Assembly (NCBI GenBank): GCA_021814145.1
Contig: JAKAIY010000002.1
Location: 1,739 to 65,738 of the forward strand
From: Chloroflexota bacterium
Lineage (GTDB): Bacteria > Chloroflexota > Ktedonobacteria > Ktedonobacterales > JADMIN01
DNA: 64,000 nt
Direction of reading: 5' to 3'
Shown here: positions 55,822-64,000 of the stretch, piece by piece
Numbering within the stretch: position 1 is the first letter of the stretch
Layout of the letters: every line of letters begins with the position of its first letter
Notes under the pieces: model-generated
The model's input: the letters and a program-made list of their open reading frames with translations, nothing else
Database searches by the model: none
What the model was told of the DNA's origin: nothing
Program-made: the position numbers and the translations under genes

Positions 55822-56157
55822 GCTGGTGGAAACGAAGCCGCTTGCGCAGGCGAACCGACGCTCATGTCCACAAACTGCGACCCTCCGCCTTGTCTTATTG
55901 GGTACGAGCGGCGGGTCCGCGCCATGAGTCAGACAGAGTCGCCTATACCTCATCCTGGATGGTCAGCAAGAGCGCGCCTTCTAAAGCGATGTATGCGGCC
56001 GCGCTTCTGTTTGAGCGCCATTTTCTCGCGCGGTACAATCCATATCTGATCGCTGAGCCACAGGGCGGAGGCGCGCGCAAGGCGCTGGCTGCCTTTCGAC
56101 CACAGGCCAACTTCGTTAAGATTCGAGTAAACCTGTTACAGGAGGGGAGACGCAACC

Positions 56158-57438
56158 ATGCGCGTGTTGGTTATTGGATCAGGAGCGCGTGAGCATGCGA
56201 TCTGCTGGGCGCTCAGTCGCTCCCCGCGCGTCGAGAAGCTCTACTGCGCCCCAGGTAACGGTGGCACAGGCGCCGTCGCGGAAAACGTCGCGCTCAACCC
56301 AATGGACGTGGGCGCCTGCGCAGCCTGGGCCGAGCGCGCCATGATTGATCTGACCATAATCGGCCCTGAAGACCCCCTCGCCGCAGGTATCGCCGACGCT
56401 TTTGCCACGCGCGGGCTGCTTGTCTTTGGTCCCTCCGCCGCCGCCGCGCGCATCGAGAGCAGCAAGGTCTGGGCGAAAGAGATGATGGATCGCGCTGGCG
56501 TGCCAACCGCATCCGCCCAGCGCTTTTCTGATTATCCAGCCGCGCGCAACGCCATCGAACGCCGCGTAGCTGAGGGTGGCGCGTACCCTGTCGTCATCAA
56601 AGCCGATGGTCTGGCGGCAGGCAAAGGCGTCGTCATCGCGCAGAACGAGCGCGAGGCCCTGGTAGCGCTAGAGAGCATCATGCGCGACCAAACGCTGGGC
56701 AAGGCGGGAACCACCGTACTAATCGAGGATTTCCTGGAGGGAACCGAGCTATCACTGTTCGCCATGACCGATGGCGAGCGGGTCCTTCCGCTGGCCCCCG
56801 CCTGTGACTATAAACGCGTCAATGATGGTGATCAGGGGCCGAATACCGGCGGCATGGGCGCATACTCCCCGCCAAAGTTCGCTACGCCTGAAGCGATCGC
56901 GGAGATCGAACAGCGCATCCTGCGGCCTATCACTGCGGCGATGACTTCTGCTGGCGCGCCATTTCGCGGTCTGCTTTACGCCGGTCTTATGATGACTGAT
57001 ACTGGCCCCTACGTCATCGAGTTCAACTGCCGCTTCGGCGACCCCGAAACACAGGTCGTGCTACCCCGCCTGAAGGGCGATCTCGCTGAACTGTGCGCAG
57101 CCGTCGCCGCCGGACGGCTCGATAGCGTCCCGGCGCCCACCTGGTCAGCTGAGGCCGCGTGCGGCGTAGCGCTCGTCTCAGGCGGCTACCCTGGCCCATA
57201 TGAAAAGGGCAAGCCGATCACAGGTCTGGACACACTCGACAGCGATATCCTCGTCTTCCACGCCGGCACGCGCCGTGAGCCGGATGGGCGGCTCGTCACG
57301 GCAGGCGGGCGTGTGCTCACGCTCGTCGCGCGTGGGCCTAGCGTCACTGCGGCGCACGAACGCGTCTACGCCAACATAGGGCGTGTGCGCTTCGACGGCG
57401 CGCACTGGCGCACAGACATCGGAGCGCGTGAAGTGTGA
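56158..57438 (+). CDS. purD: Phosphoribosylamine-glycine ligase
   Basis: MRVLVIGSGAREHAICWAL, KADGLAAGKGV and EFNCRFGDPE: the PurD ATP-grasp signature along the full length. Confidence 0.9.
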   Translation: MRVLVIGSGAREHAICWALSRSPRVEKLYCAPGNGGTGAVAENVALNPMDVGACAAWAERAMIDLTIIGPEDPLAAGIADAFATRGLLVFGPSAAAARIESSKVWAKEMMDRAGVPTASAQRFSDYPAARNAIERRVAEGGAYPVVIKADGLAAGKGVVIAQNEREALVALESIMRDQTLGKAGTTVLIEDFLEGTELSLFAMTDGERVLPLAPACDYKRVNDGDQGPNTGGMGAYSPPKFATPEAIAEIEQRILRPITAAMTSAGAPFRGLLYAGLMMTDTGPYVIEFNCRFGDPETQVVLPRLKGDLAELCAAVAAGRLDSVPAPTWSAEAACGVALVSGGYPGPYEKGKPITGLDTLDSDILVFHAGTRREPDGRLVTAGGRVLTLVARGPSVTAAHERVYANIGRVRFDGAHWRTDIGAREV

Positions 57439-58898
57439 GTGAGACGCTTCCTGGCGCGGCGCTCGCGCCTGACGGTGAGAAGCTGGCGCAGCTATCCAAC
57501 TCCTCGCGCCGCGCGCGATGGAGGCGGCGTGCGCTGATCGCCATCGCCGCGCTTTTGTACGAGATCATCTGGGTCGCGACCGCATTTGACAAGGTCAACC
57601 CGACTGACCTCGATGTCTTCTTCTTTCCCGCCGCCCACATCGCTCTCGCTGGCAATCCGCTCGATATCTATCAGTTCCGCGACGGCGGCTATCCCAACGC
57701 CAACGGTCCGCTTGGCCTGGCGCCTGTTCTCCTGGCCGCATGGCTGGCGAACCTGCGTGGGTGGCTCGGCGATGTTGTGTTGCGCCGCGCGCTGGTCTTC
57801 GCCATTACCGCGCCATTCCCCCTACTCGCTGGCTGGGAGGCCGCGCGCATCGTCGAACGCTTCGGCGGGCGGCTACGCGGACTGGCGCGCGCGCTGCCCT
57901 ATCTCCCGCTGGCTTTCGCGCTGGAACTCTGGCTCAGCGCGCTCTACTACGGCCATGTCGAGCAAGTCATCGCTGTCTGGCTCACACTCGTCGCCTTGCG
58001 CCTGCTCATCGAGCGACACGAGATCACGGCAGGCGCGCTGCTCGGTCTGGCGCTCCTGGCGCGCAGCGATGTCTTGCTCATCATCCTTCCCATCACCCTG
58101 CTCCTACTCATCAGAAGACAAACAAGCGCCGCAATATGGTTCGCCGTCGGGATAGTAGACGCATTCATGGCGGGCATCTTGCCATTCCTGATCGCGGACC
58201 CGCGCGATACGATCTTCTCGCTCGTAGCGTTTCGGGGCCCGCTGCCAGTCGGTGGCGGCAATATCTGGAGCCTGAGCGACGCCAACACGTTTCTGCTCAT
58301 CGGACAGCGCTACGACGCGCTGCTGACGATTGGCGCCGCCACGCTGCTCACGCTCATTGTCCTCGCCTTGCGCCGCGATCTCACGCTCACGTCGGCTGAC
58401 CTGTTCGGTGTATTGACAGTGAGCGCCCTCTGCTTCGCGCTGCTCATCAAAATGCTCTGGCCCTACTACTACCAGGAAGCTGCGCTCTTCGCCACTATCT
58501 GGGCGCTGGCTCGATCTGTCGCGCCACTCCGCGCTCGCGGGGGAGCGTGGCTCATGCAAATTGGAGCGTTATCCCTGGCCTGGCTTCCCCGCCTTGCCAT
58601 CCTTACCTGCGCGCTCGTCGCTGAATATGGGCTGGAAGCGGTCAACTACAGTGGCTGGCTTCCTCCCTGGGGACTGACTCTCGCAGCGCTCAACCTCATC
58701 GTGGTCTCAATAACGCTCGGAACGCTTCTCATAGGGCCTCGCATCCTCCAACTCTTCACATCCCACCTGATACCCGCTCCACAGGATATACTACCTGAGA
58801 TGGCGCTCAGTGTCTCTGCGGATGGTGAGGATCATTCGCGCCCAATGACGCTGACCAAAAGACTGGCGCAGGATAACTCCGATGCGATTACCCAATGA
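57435..58898 (+). CDS. Polytopic membrane protein (possibly GT-C / DUF2029-like glycosyltransferase)
   Basis: 487 aa with more than 10 hydrophobic helices. Its GTG start overlaps the purD stop (GTGA). The family call is tentative. Confidence 0.45.
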   Translation: MSETLPGAALAPDGEKLAQLSNSSRRARWRRRALIAIAALLYEIIWVATAFDKVNPTDLDVFFFPAAHIALAGNPLDIYQFRDGGYPNANGPLGLAPVLLAAWLANLRGWLGDVVLRRALVFAITAPFPLLAGWEAARIVERFGGRLRGLARALPYLPLAFALELWLSALYYGHVEQVIAVWLTLVALRLLIERHEITAGALLGLALLARSDVLLIILPITLLLLIRRQTSAAIWFAVGIVDAFMAGILPFLIADPRDTIFSLVAFRGPLPVGGGNIWSLSDANTFLLIGQRYDALLTIGAATLLTLIVLALRRDLTLTSADLFGVLTVSALCFALLIKMLWPYYYQEAALFATIWALARSVAPLRARGGAWLMQIGALSLAWLPRLAILTCALVAEYGLEAVNYSGWLPPWGLTLAALNLIVVSITLGTLLIGPRILQLFTSHLIPAPQDILPEMALSVSADGEDHSRPMTLTKRLAQDNSDAITQ

Positions 58899-59229
58899 TG
58901 TCATGCCTCTCTCCTACACGATGGACGAGGAGCACAGACAATTACACATAGACTGGTCGGATGGTCATGAATCCATTCATGGCTATGAGACCCTGCGGCG
59001 CGGCTGCCCGTGCGCCTGGTGCGCTGGAGAAGGCGACCAGAAAGGCAGTGTTGATGAACAGACCCAGTTCACTGACCAGCAAACCACACTCTATGAATTG
59101 CAGCCCGTCGGGCGTTACGGCTTGACCCCCGTCTGGGGTGACGGCCACCGCACTGGCATATATACCTATGAGCGTCTGCGAGCGGTCTGCGAATGCCCGG
59201 AGTGCCGCGCCGTGCGCGGCCAGGTCTGA
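58882..59229 (+). CDS. DUF971-domain protein (gamma-butyrobetaine-hydroxylase N-terminal-like zinc domain)
   Basis: Contains LHIDWSDGHES..LRRGCPCAWC...YGLTPVWGDGHRTGIYTYERL. The start could be 58882 or 58903. Confidence 0.6.
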   Translation: MRLPNDVMPLSYTMDEEHRQLHIDWSDGHESIHGYETLRRGCPCAWCAGEGDQKGSVDEQTQFTDQQTTLYELQPVGRYGLTPVWGDGHRTGIYTYERLRAVCECPECRAVRGQV

Positions 59230-59262
59230 TATGGCGTCATCTCGTCAGAACGAACGCAAGCA

Positions 59263-59604
59263 ATGAGGAGAAGCATCCCCATGAGCGATACCGCCAGCGA
59301 TACGGCCCCAGCCGCCATCAGCGCCACACCTGGCAGCGCAACCTGGCTGGCGCGCATTCACGTTACGCTTAAGCCCGTCGTTCTCGATCCCCAGGGTGAA
59401 GCGGTGCTGCACGGCCTCCAGCAGCTCGGGTATCAAGATGTCTTCAGCGTCCGCGTTGGCAAGTATCTGGAGATCAGCCTTGCCGCCGCCAGTCAGAGCG
59501 ACGCTGAGGACGCCATTCGCCAAATGTGCGACCGGCTCTTGGCAAATCCTGTTATCGAGCGGTATGATTTCACCGTCATGGAAAGCACGCCCGCGACTGC
59601 GTAA
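59263..59604 (+). CDS. purS: Phosphoribosylformylglycinamidine synthase subunit PurS
   Basis: ARIHVTLKPVVLDPQGEAVLHGLQQLGYQDVFSVRVGKYLEI is the PurS core. The N-terminal ~25 aa are extra, so the start is uncertain. Confidence 0.85.
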   Translation: MRRSIPMSDTASDTAPAAISATPGSATWLARIHVTLKPVVLDPQGEAVLHGLQQLGYQDVFSVRVGKYLEISLAAASQSDAEDAIRQMCDRLLANPVIERYDFTVMESTPATA

Positions 59605-59642
59605 ACGCATTTCCGTGGCATGTCAACTGAATCAAACAGGTT

Positions 59643-59797
59643 GACCTTCGGGGCAGGGTGTAATTCCCGACCGGCGGTATGGCGTCTGACGCGCCGAGCC
59701 CGCGAGCGTCCGCTACAGTGTCCTCATAATGCTGTGGATGACGCAGATTCCGGTGAGAGACCGGAGCCGACGGTAATAGTCCGGATGGGAGAAGGTC
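59643..59797 (+). promoter_or_regulatory. FMN riboswitch (RFN element) aptamer
   Basis: GACCUUCGGGGCAGGGUGUAAUUCCCGACCGGCGGUA...AGCCCGCGAGCG...GAUUCCGGUGAGAGACCGGAGCCGACGGUAAUAGUCCGGAUGGGAGAAGGUC. This is a near-verbatim match to the conserved RFN core, with P1 formed by GACCUUC/GAAGGUC. Confidence 0.9.
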
Positions 59798-59960
59798 GAA
59801 GCGTCCGCATGCGCGTATACCGCAGAGAGGTTGCGTTTCATGCGTGCGCATCGTCGTCTTCGCCTTGCGTGTCGCCCCAGGTCGGCGCTGGACTGGGGCG
59901 GTTCCCCTCAAAACACGCGGGGCGCCACCTCAGTCACAGTCTCCGAGAGAGGTGGTTCGT

Positions 59961-60869
59961 ATGGCCATTCGCATCGCGCCCGACGCCCGTTCGGGAAAAA
60001 GCGCGGAGAGAGCCGCGCGTGTTCCTGTTGCGGAGCCGGGCGCTACGCATGATCCAGGTGGGGGATTCCTCGCCGCACGCGCGCGCCAAACCAGGCGGGC
60101 AGACTTGTGGCGCGGCCCGCTGTCCGCGCTCGCGCCCGTTTTCGCGGGCATGGCGATGCTGCTGATCTGGCAGTACGGTGTCCAGTTGAGTGGCGTCTCC
60201 TCCTACCTCGTTCCGGCCCCCGCCGCCGTCTTCCAGTCTTTCCTCATCTCTGTGGAAGACGGCCTGATTCCACGCTACGCCGCGACAACCCTGATCGAGA
60301 GTCTGACCGGCTTCGCTATAGGCGCCGTGATCGCGCTCCCCACCGGCTACGCAATCGCGCGCAATCGCGCCCTGGCCGCCGCGCTAGAGCCGTATCTCGC
60401 CGCCAGTCAGGCAGTGCCCGCTGTTGCGCTAGCGCCTCTGCTAGTGCTGTTGCTGGGCTATGGTCTGTTACCCGTCGCGGCGCTCTGCGCGCTCATTGTC
60501 TTCTTCCCCGCCGCGGTCAACACCACGCTCGGCTTCCGCACGCTCGACCGCGACGTGCTCGACGCCGCGCGCATAGATGGCGCCGGGCGCTGGGCGCTGC
60601 TGCGCCACATTGAGGCGCCTTTGGCGCTGCCGAGCATCCTTTCCGGTCTGCGCGCCAGCCTCACCCTCTCGGTAACTGGCGCGGTAGTCGGTGAATTCGT
60701 GCTAGGCGATCAGGGCCTTGGGGGCCTGCTCACGATCGCCCGCGGCAACTTTAACGCCCCTCTTGTGTTTGCCACGCTGCTCGCTCTCGCGCTCATGGCC
60801 ACCGCCCTGTATGGTCTCGCGCGCCTGATCGAACAGCTCATCATATCGCATGAATCATTGGAGGCTTGA
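59961..60869 (+). CDS. ribX: ABC transporter permease (NitT/TauT family), RibX-like
   Basis: Six-helix BPD-type permease with an EAA-like loop (DAARIDGAGRWALLRHIEAPLALP). It is the first gene downstream of the FMN riboswitch. ATG 59961 has GAGAGGTGG upstream. Confidence 0.65.
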   Translation: MAIRIAPDARSGKSAERAARVPVAEPGATHDPGGGFLAARARQTRRADLWRGPLSALAPVFAGMAMLLIWQYGVQLSGVSSYLVPAPAAVFQSFLISVEDGLIPRYAATTLIESLTGFAIGAVIALPTGYAIARNRALAAALEPYLAASQAVPAVALAPLLVLLLGYGLLPVAALCALIVFFPAAVNTTLGFRTLDRDVLDAARIDGAGRWALLRHIEAPLALPSILSGLRASLTLSVTGAVVGEFVLGDQGLGGLLTIARGNFNAPLVFATLLALALMATALYGLARLIEQLIISHESLEA

Positions 60870-60875
60870 GACCTC

Positions 60876-61913
60876 ATGCGCCAGTCATACACCCCTCGCC
60901 AGGTAGCTCGCCCGGCGGCGCTCGTTATGCTCAGCGCGCTGCTCGTAGCGCTGACCGCCTTTGCCGGATGCGGCGCGGCCCCTGTATCGGGCGAGAGCTC
61001 CAGTTCACTCACCCCACTCACCGTTGGGCTGACGTATGTGCCGAACATTCAGTTCGCCCCATTCTATGTGGCTGAGGCGTTGGGCTATTACAAAGCCGCC
61101 GGATTAAACGTCACCTTGCGCCATCACAACGTAGGTGAGGATGAATTCGCAGCCATCGCCGCTGGCCGCGAGAACGTCATCTTCGCGGGTGGCGACGAAA
61201 CACTTCAGGCGCGCGCCAAGGGGCTGCCGCTGGTTTATGTCGCCAATATCTACACTGAATATCCGGTCACACTCATCGTGCCCGCTAATTCCCCGATTCA
61301 GTCGCTCTCTGACCTACGCGGGCATACTATCGGTGTGCCGGGACAGTATGGCGCCACCTATATTGGTCTGCTGGCGCTGCTAAAGAGCGCCGGTCTCACC
61401 ACCTCTGACGTTACGATTCAAAGCATTGGCTACACCCAGGTGTCCGCGCTTATCGGCCACAAAGTGGACGCTGTCATGGGCTACATCAACAACGAGCCCA
61501 TCCAGTTCCAGAAGGCTGGCTTCGCCATCCGCACGTTCCCCGTCGCCTCTACACAGCCATTGATCTCCAACGGCCTGGCGGCCCAGGAAGGCGAGCTGAA
61601 AGCGCAGCCAGCGGCCATTAAGGCGCTGATCGCCGCGACACTCAAAGGGGTGGACTATACTATCGCCCACCCACAGGAAGCGGTGACACTCAGTCAAAAG
61701 TATGTGCCGGGCCTCAGTGATCCCAGCGCCGCCGCCAGCGCGCTCGCGGTGCTCAAGGCCACCTTGCCCGCTATCGCGCCGAACAGCGCCCATCCCGGGT
61801 ATAATAGCCCCGCGGCCTGGCAGTCTATGGCCGCGTTTCTCCAGGCTAGCGGCCAGCTCAATGGCGCGGTAAACGTGACGCAAGCCTACAGCAACGCTTA
61901 CCTCCCGTCTTAG
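60876..61913 (+). CDS. ribY: NMT1/THI5-like ABC substrate-binding lipoprotein, RibY-like
   Basis: Lipoprotein signal with lipobox FAGC and an NMT1-type fold pattern (LTVGLTYVPNIQFAPFYVA, LRGHTIGVPG). It lies 6 nt after the permease. Confidence 0.65.
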   Translation: MRQSYTPRQVARPAALVMLSALLVALTAFAGCGAAPVSGESSSSLTPLTVGLTYVPNIQFAPFYVAEALGYYKAAGLNVTLRHHNVGEDEFAAIAAGRENVIFAGGDETLQARAKGLPLVYVANIYTEYPVTLIVPANSPIQSLSDLRGHTIGVPGQYGATYIGLLALLKSAGLTTSDVTIQSIGYTQVSALIGHKVDAVMGYINNEPIQFQKAGFAIRTFPVASTQPLISNGLAAQEGELKAQPAAIKALIAATLKGVDYTIAHPQEAVTLSQKYVPGLSDPSAAASALAVLKATLPAIAPNSAHPGYNSPAAWQSMAAFLQASGQLNGAVNVTQAYSNAYLPS

Positions 61914-62001
61914 AAACCAGGCGATAACTCAACCGCCCCATTCGCCGGATAGGCGTGTGGGGCGGCCGAATTCCAGCCTCGCGCGCGGCGCGCGTGCCTG
62001 G

Positions 62002-62454
62002 CTACGACCGTACGGTAGTTTCCTGACCCGTCGCTGGTCCACGCTTGCCAAGGAACCCGTGGCGATCCGGCCCATCCACCGCATCCACTACCGCATCCGC
62101 CATGTTCAGACCTTCATTCGCGACAGCTCCGATCGCGTCATCCACATGTTCCGCCGCGTAGACCAGCCCTTGAATCGTTTGTGTGACGGCAACGGTGAAG
62201 CCACTCAGGTAGCCTACCGTGAGCGCGAATACAATCGCCATGATATGGACAAACTCTGTGTTCGGCGCGAAACTGATAACAGGCGGCCAGCCCCATACAA
62301 GGCCCGCTGGGCTACCAGTCGTGACATGCAAAATGCTCGCCAGCCCCTCGACAAGAACAAACCCGACGACCAGACCAATCAATGCCGCCCGCAACACGTA
62401 TCCAAGCGCCCGCCGAAACGCTTCCCATATTTTCGCCAGCAACGGTGTCTTCAT
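62002..62454 (-). CDS. Hypothetical membrane protein (150 aa)
   Basis: Three to four hydrophobic helices. No motif was recognised. Confidence 0.4.
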   Translation of the reverse strand: MKTPLLAKIWEAFRRALGYVLRAALIGLVVGFVLVEGLASILHVTTGSPAGLVWGWPPVISFAPNTEFVHIMAIVFALTVGYLSGFTVAVTQTIQGLVYAAEHVDDAIGAVANEGLNMADAVVDAVDGPDRHGFLGKRGPATGQETTVRS

Positions 62455-62830
62455 GCCGCTTCTCCTTCTATGAGGCGTCGCCTTTCCGGTGGGTCGTGGT
62501 TAGCCATGAAGTGAACGCCTCCTATAGAAAATACGTGGCGACCAGAGCGTGTGTTTGCTCCGCGACGTGCTGAATGGTAGGCATTCCGGACGATTTTCGC
62601 CTGTTATGGCGCCCCCACTTCTATGATGACAAAGCGAGAACGCTCGTAAAGACTGTATTGATGCTGGTCCCCACCTCCAGGGCGATATAGCCTGATTAGC
62701 GGATTTCTACGCGTATCGGATGTGTGATAGCGCGCAAAGCCGCGGCGCGCTGTTCCTCACTACAGTGTCTGTGGCACAATGAGAACGCTCGATAAGTCGT
62801 CCACAATTCCAGATAGAAGAGGCGCAGGAC

Positions 62831-63985
62831 ATGGAGACACCCCCGGCGCAAAGCGATCAGCGCGATAGCGCAGAACCAGCCCGCGTAACTCTGCGTGAGG
62901 AGGAGCGCAAGGCCGCGTTTCGCCACTGCGAGCGTTTCCTCAACGGCCACGCGCCGCGCTCACCGCGTGATGAACTCGCCACGCTCGTCGCAAACGTTGG
63001 CGCCGAGGAAGAGGCGGACCGCTACGGTGAGGGCGCGCTGATCAGCGACTTCGAGACGGACATCGCGCATTTGCTCGGCAAGGAAGCGGCTATCTTCATG
63101 CCCAGTGGCACGATGGCGCAGCAGATCGCGCTGCGTATCTGGGCCGAGCGCTCCGGGCGCAGCGCCGTGGGCTTCCACCCCACCTGCCATCTGGAGATCC
63201 ACGAACGCAAGGGATATGAATTGCTGCATCACCTTTCAGGCCGCCTGATCGGTGACGCGAACCGTCTCATCACTATGGATGATCTGCGCGCCGCGCCCGA
63301 GCCGCTCGCCGCGCTGCTGCTGGAATTGCCGCAGCGCGAGATCGGTGGCCAGCTTCCGTCCTGGGAGGAACTGGTCGAGCAGACTACCTGGGCGCGCTCA
63401 CATGGAGCCGCTACCCATCTGGACGGCGCGCGCCTGTGGGAAGCGGCTCCCGCCTACGGGCGCGATTACGCTGAGGTCGCGGCGCTCTTCGATAGTGTTT
63501 ACGTTTCGTTCTATAAGGGCGTCGGCGCGATCGCAGGCGCGGCGCTCGCGGGTGACGCTGAATTCATCGCCCAGGCGCGGCTCTGGCAGCGACGGCACGG
63601 CGGAAACCTCATTCACCTCTATCCCTATGTTCTCTCCGCGCGCGCCAGCCTGCGTGAGCGCCTGCCCCGCTTTCCACAATATCACGAGCGAGCGGTGATG
63701 ATCGCCGCTGCCTTGCGCCAGGTTGACGGGATGGCGCTCAAGCCTGATCCTCCACACGCCCACATGGCCCATGTCTATCTGCGTGGCGATCCGGACGCGC
63801 TCCTTGACGCCAGCGCGGAACTAGCCCGCGAGGAGCGCGTGGCGCTCTTCGTCTGGCTACGCCCAAGCGGAGGCCCGGGCTACTCCATGTTCGAGATGAC
63901 TATTGGCGATGGAGCCGAAGCCTTTACTCCAGATGAGATCGCCGGCTACTTCACTCGCGTCATCGAGCGCGCGAACAGGAAGTAA
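62831..63985 (+). CDS. Threonine aldolase / beta-eliminating lyase family PLP enzyme
   Basis: The segment YGEGALISDFETDIAHLLGKEAAIFMPSGTMAQQIAL and the later FYKGVGAIAG (candidate PLP-Lys) match the low-specificity threonine aldolase layout. Confidence 0.65.
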   Translation: METPPAQSDQRDSAEPARVTLREEERKAAFRHCERFLNGHAPRSPRDELATLVANVGAEEEADRYGEGALISDFETDIAHLLGKEAAIFMPSGTMAQQIALRIWAERSGRSAVGFHPTCHLEIHERKGYELLHHLSGRLIGDANRLITMDDLRAAPEPLAALLLELPQREIGGQLPSWEELVEQTTWARSHGAATHLDGARLWEAAPAYGRDYAEVAALFDSVYVSFYKGVGAIAGAALAGDAEFIAQARLWQRRHGGNLIHLYPYVLSARASLRERLPRFPQYHERAVMIAAALRQVDGMALKPDPPHAHMAHVYLRGDPDALLDASAELAREERVALFVWLRPSGGPGYSMFEMTIGDGAEAFTPDEIAGYFTRVIERANRK

Positions 63986-64000
63986 CCGGCGGCTCAAAGT

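Noticed and set aside
55048-55953. A 301-aa minus-strand ORF covering the PIG-L deacetylase gene.
   Set aside because: The plus-strand frame carries the AHPDDVE and HPDH deacetylase motifs. The antisense frame has none.
55822-56157. A purine or ZTP riboswitch upstream of purD.
   Set aside because: I found neither the purine-aptamer loop-loop motifs nor the ZTP CCGCCUGGGC-type 3' element on the plus strand.
1-64000. A scan of the whole window for tRNA (GGTTCGAATCC-type T-arms on both strands), rRNA, tmRNA, RNase P and SRP RNA cores, CRISPR repeats, and IS or transposase genes.
   Set aside because: None was found by eye. Absence cannot be proven without tRNAscan or cmscan, but no candidate merits reporting.

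Overview
This is a visibly GC-rich bacterial chromosomal window, densely coding on both strands, with about 60 supportable protein genes. I saw no rRNA, tRNA, CRISPR array or transposase.

Most of the content is housekeeping:
- an ECF-type transporter module (S component, fused A-A' ATPase, T component)
- a seven-gene, MerR-headed atu/liu-like acyl-CoA carboxylase cluster that includes a split AtuA (DUF1446 + DUF4387)
- a PduO-type corrinoid adenosyltransferase, der, murB, mdh, type-2 IPP isomerase, cysE, efp, xseAB and serS
- a partial nuoA-C-D-H cluster, purD and purS
- several secreted or membrane peptidases (M28, S9, S53, C39-like)

Two cis-regulatory RNAs can be read directly from the sequence. 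One is a T-box leader with competing antiterminator and terminator in front of serS (minus strand, about 45865-46095). The other is an FMN (RFN) riboswitch (59643-59797) in front of an ATPase-less ABC permease plus NMT1-like binding lipoprotein, a RibXY-type pair. These RNAs and the gene content suggest a Chloroflexota-like organism; that is inference only.

The only accessory-looking segment is about 13.5-20.6 kb. It holds an orphan receiver, an oversized tyrosine recombinase, an XRE regulator divergent from a P22-antirepressor-N-domain protein, and a more AT-rich SDR gene bracketed by a 24-nt imperfect direct repeat.

I did not find a clear-cut new multi-gene system such as a defence island. 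The items most worth follow-up are:
- an AccB/BCCP homologue whose biotinyl-lysine is replaced by Asn
- a response-regulator GGDEF protein with a GGDDF motif and Asn at the base-specifying position, in an operon with an unknown protein and an S9 peptidase
- the atu-like cluster with split AtuA and no hydratase
- an 81-aa ORF ending in a MoaD/ThiS-like C-terminal Gly-Gly
- the nuo cluster lacking nuoB

All family assignments come from motif recognition by eye, not database searches.
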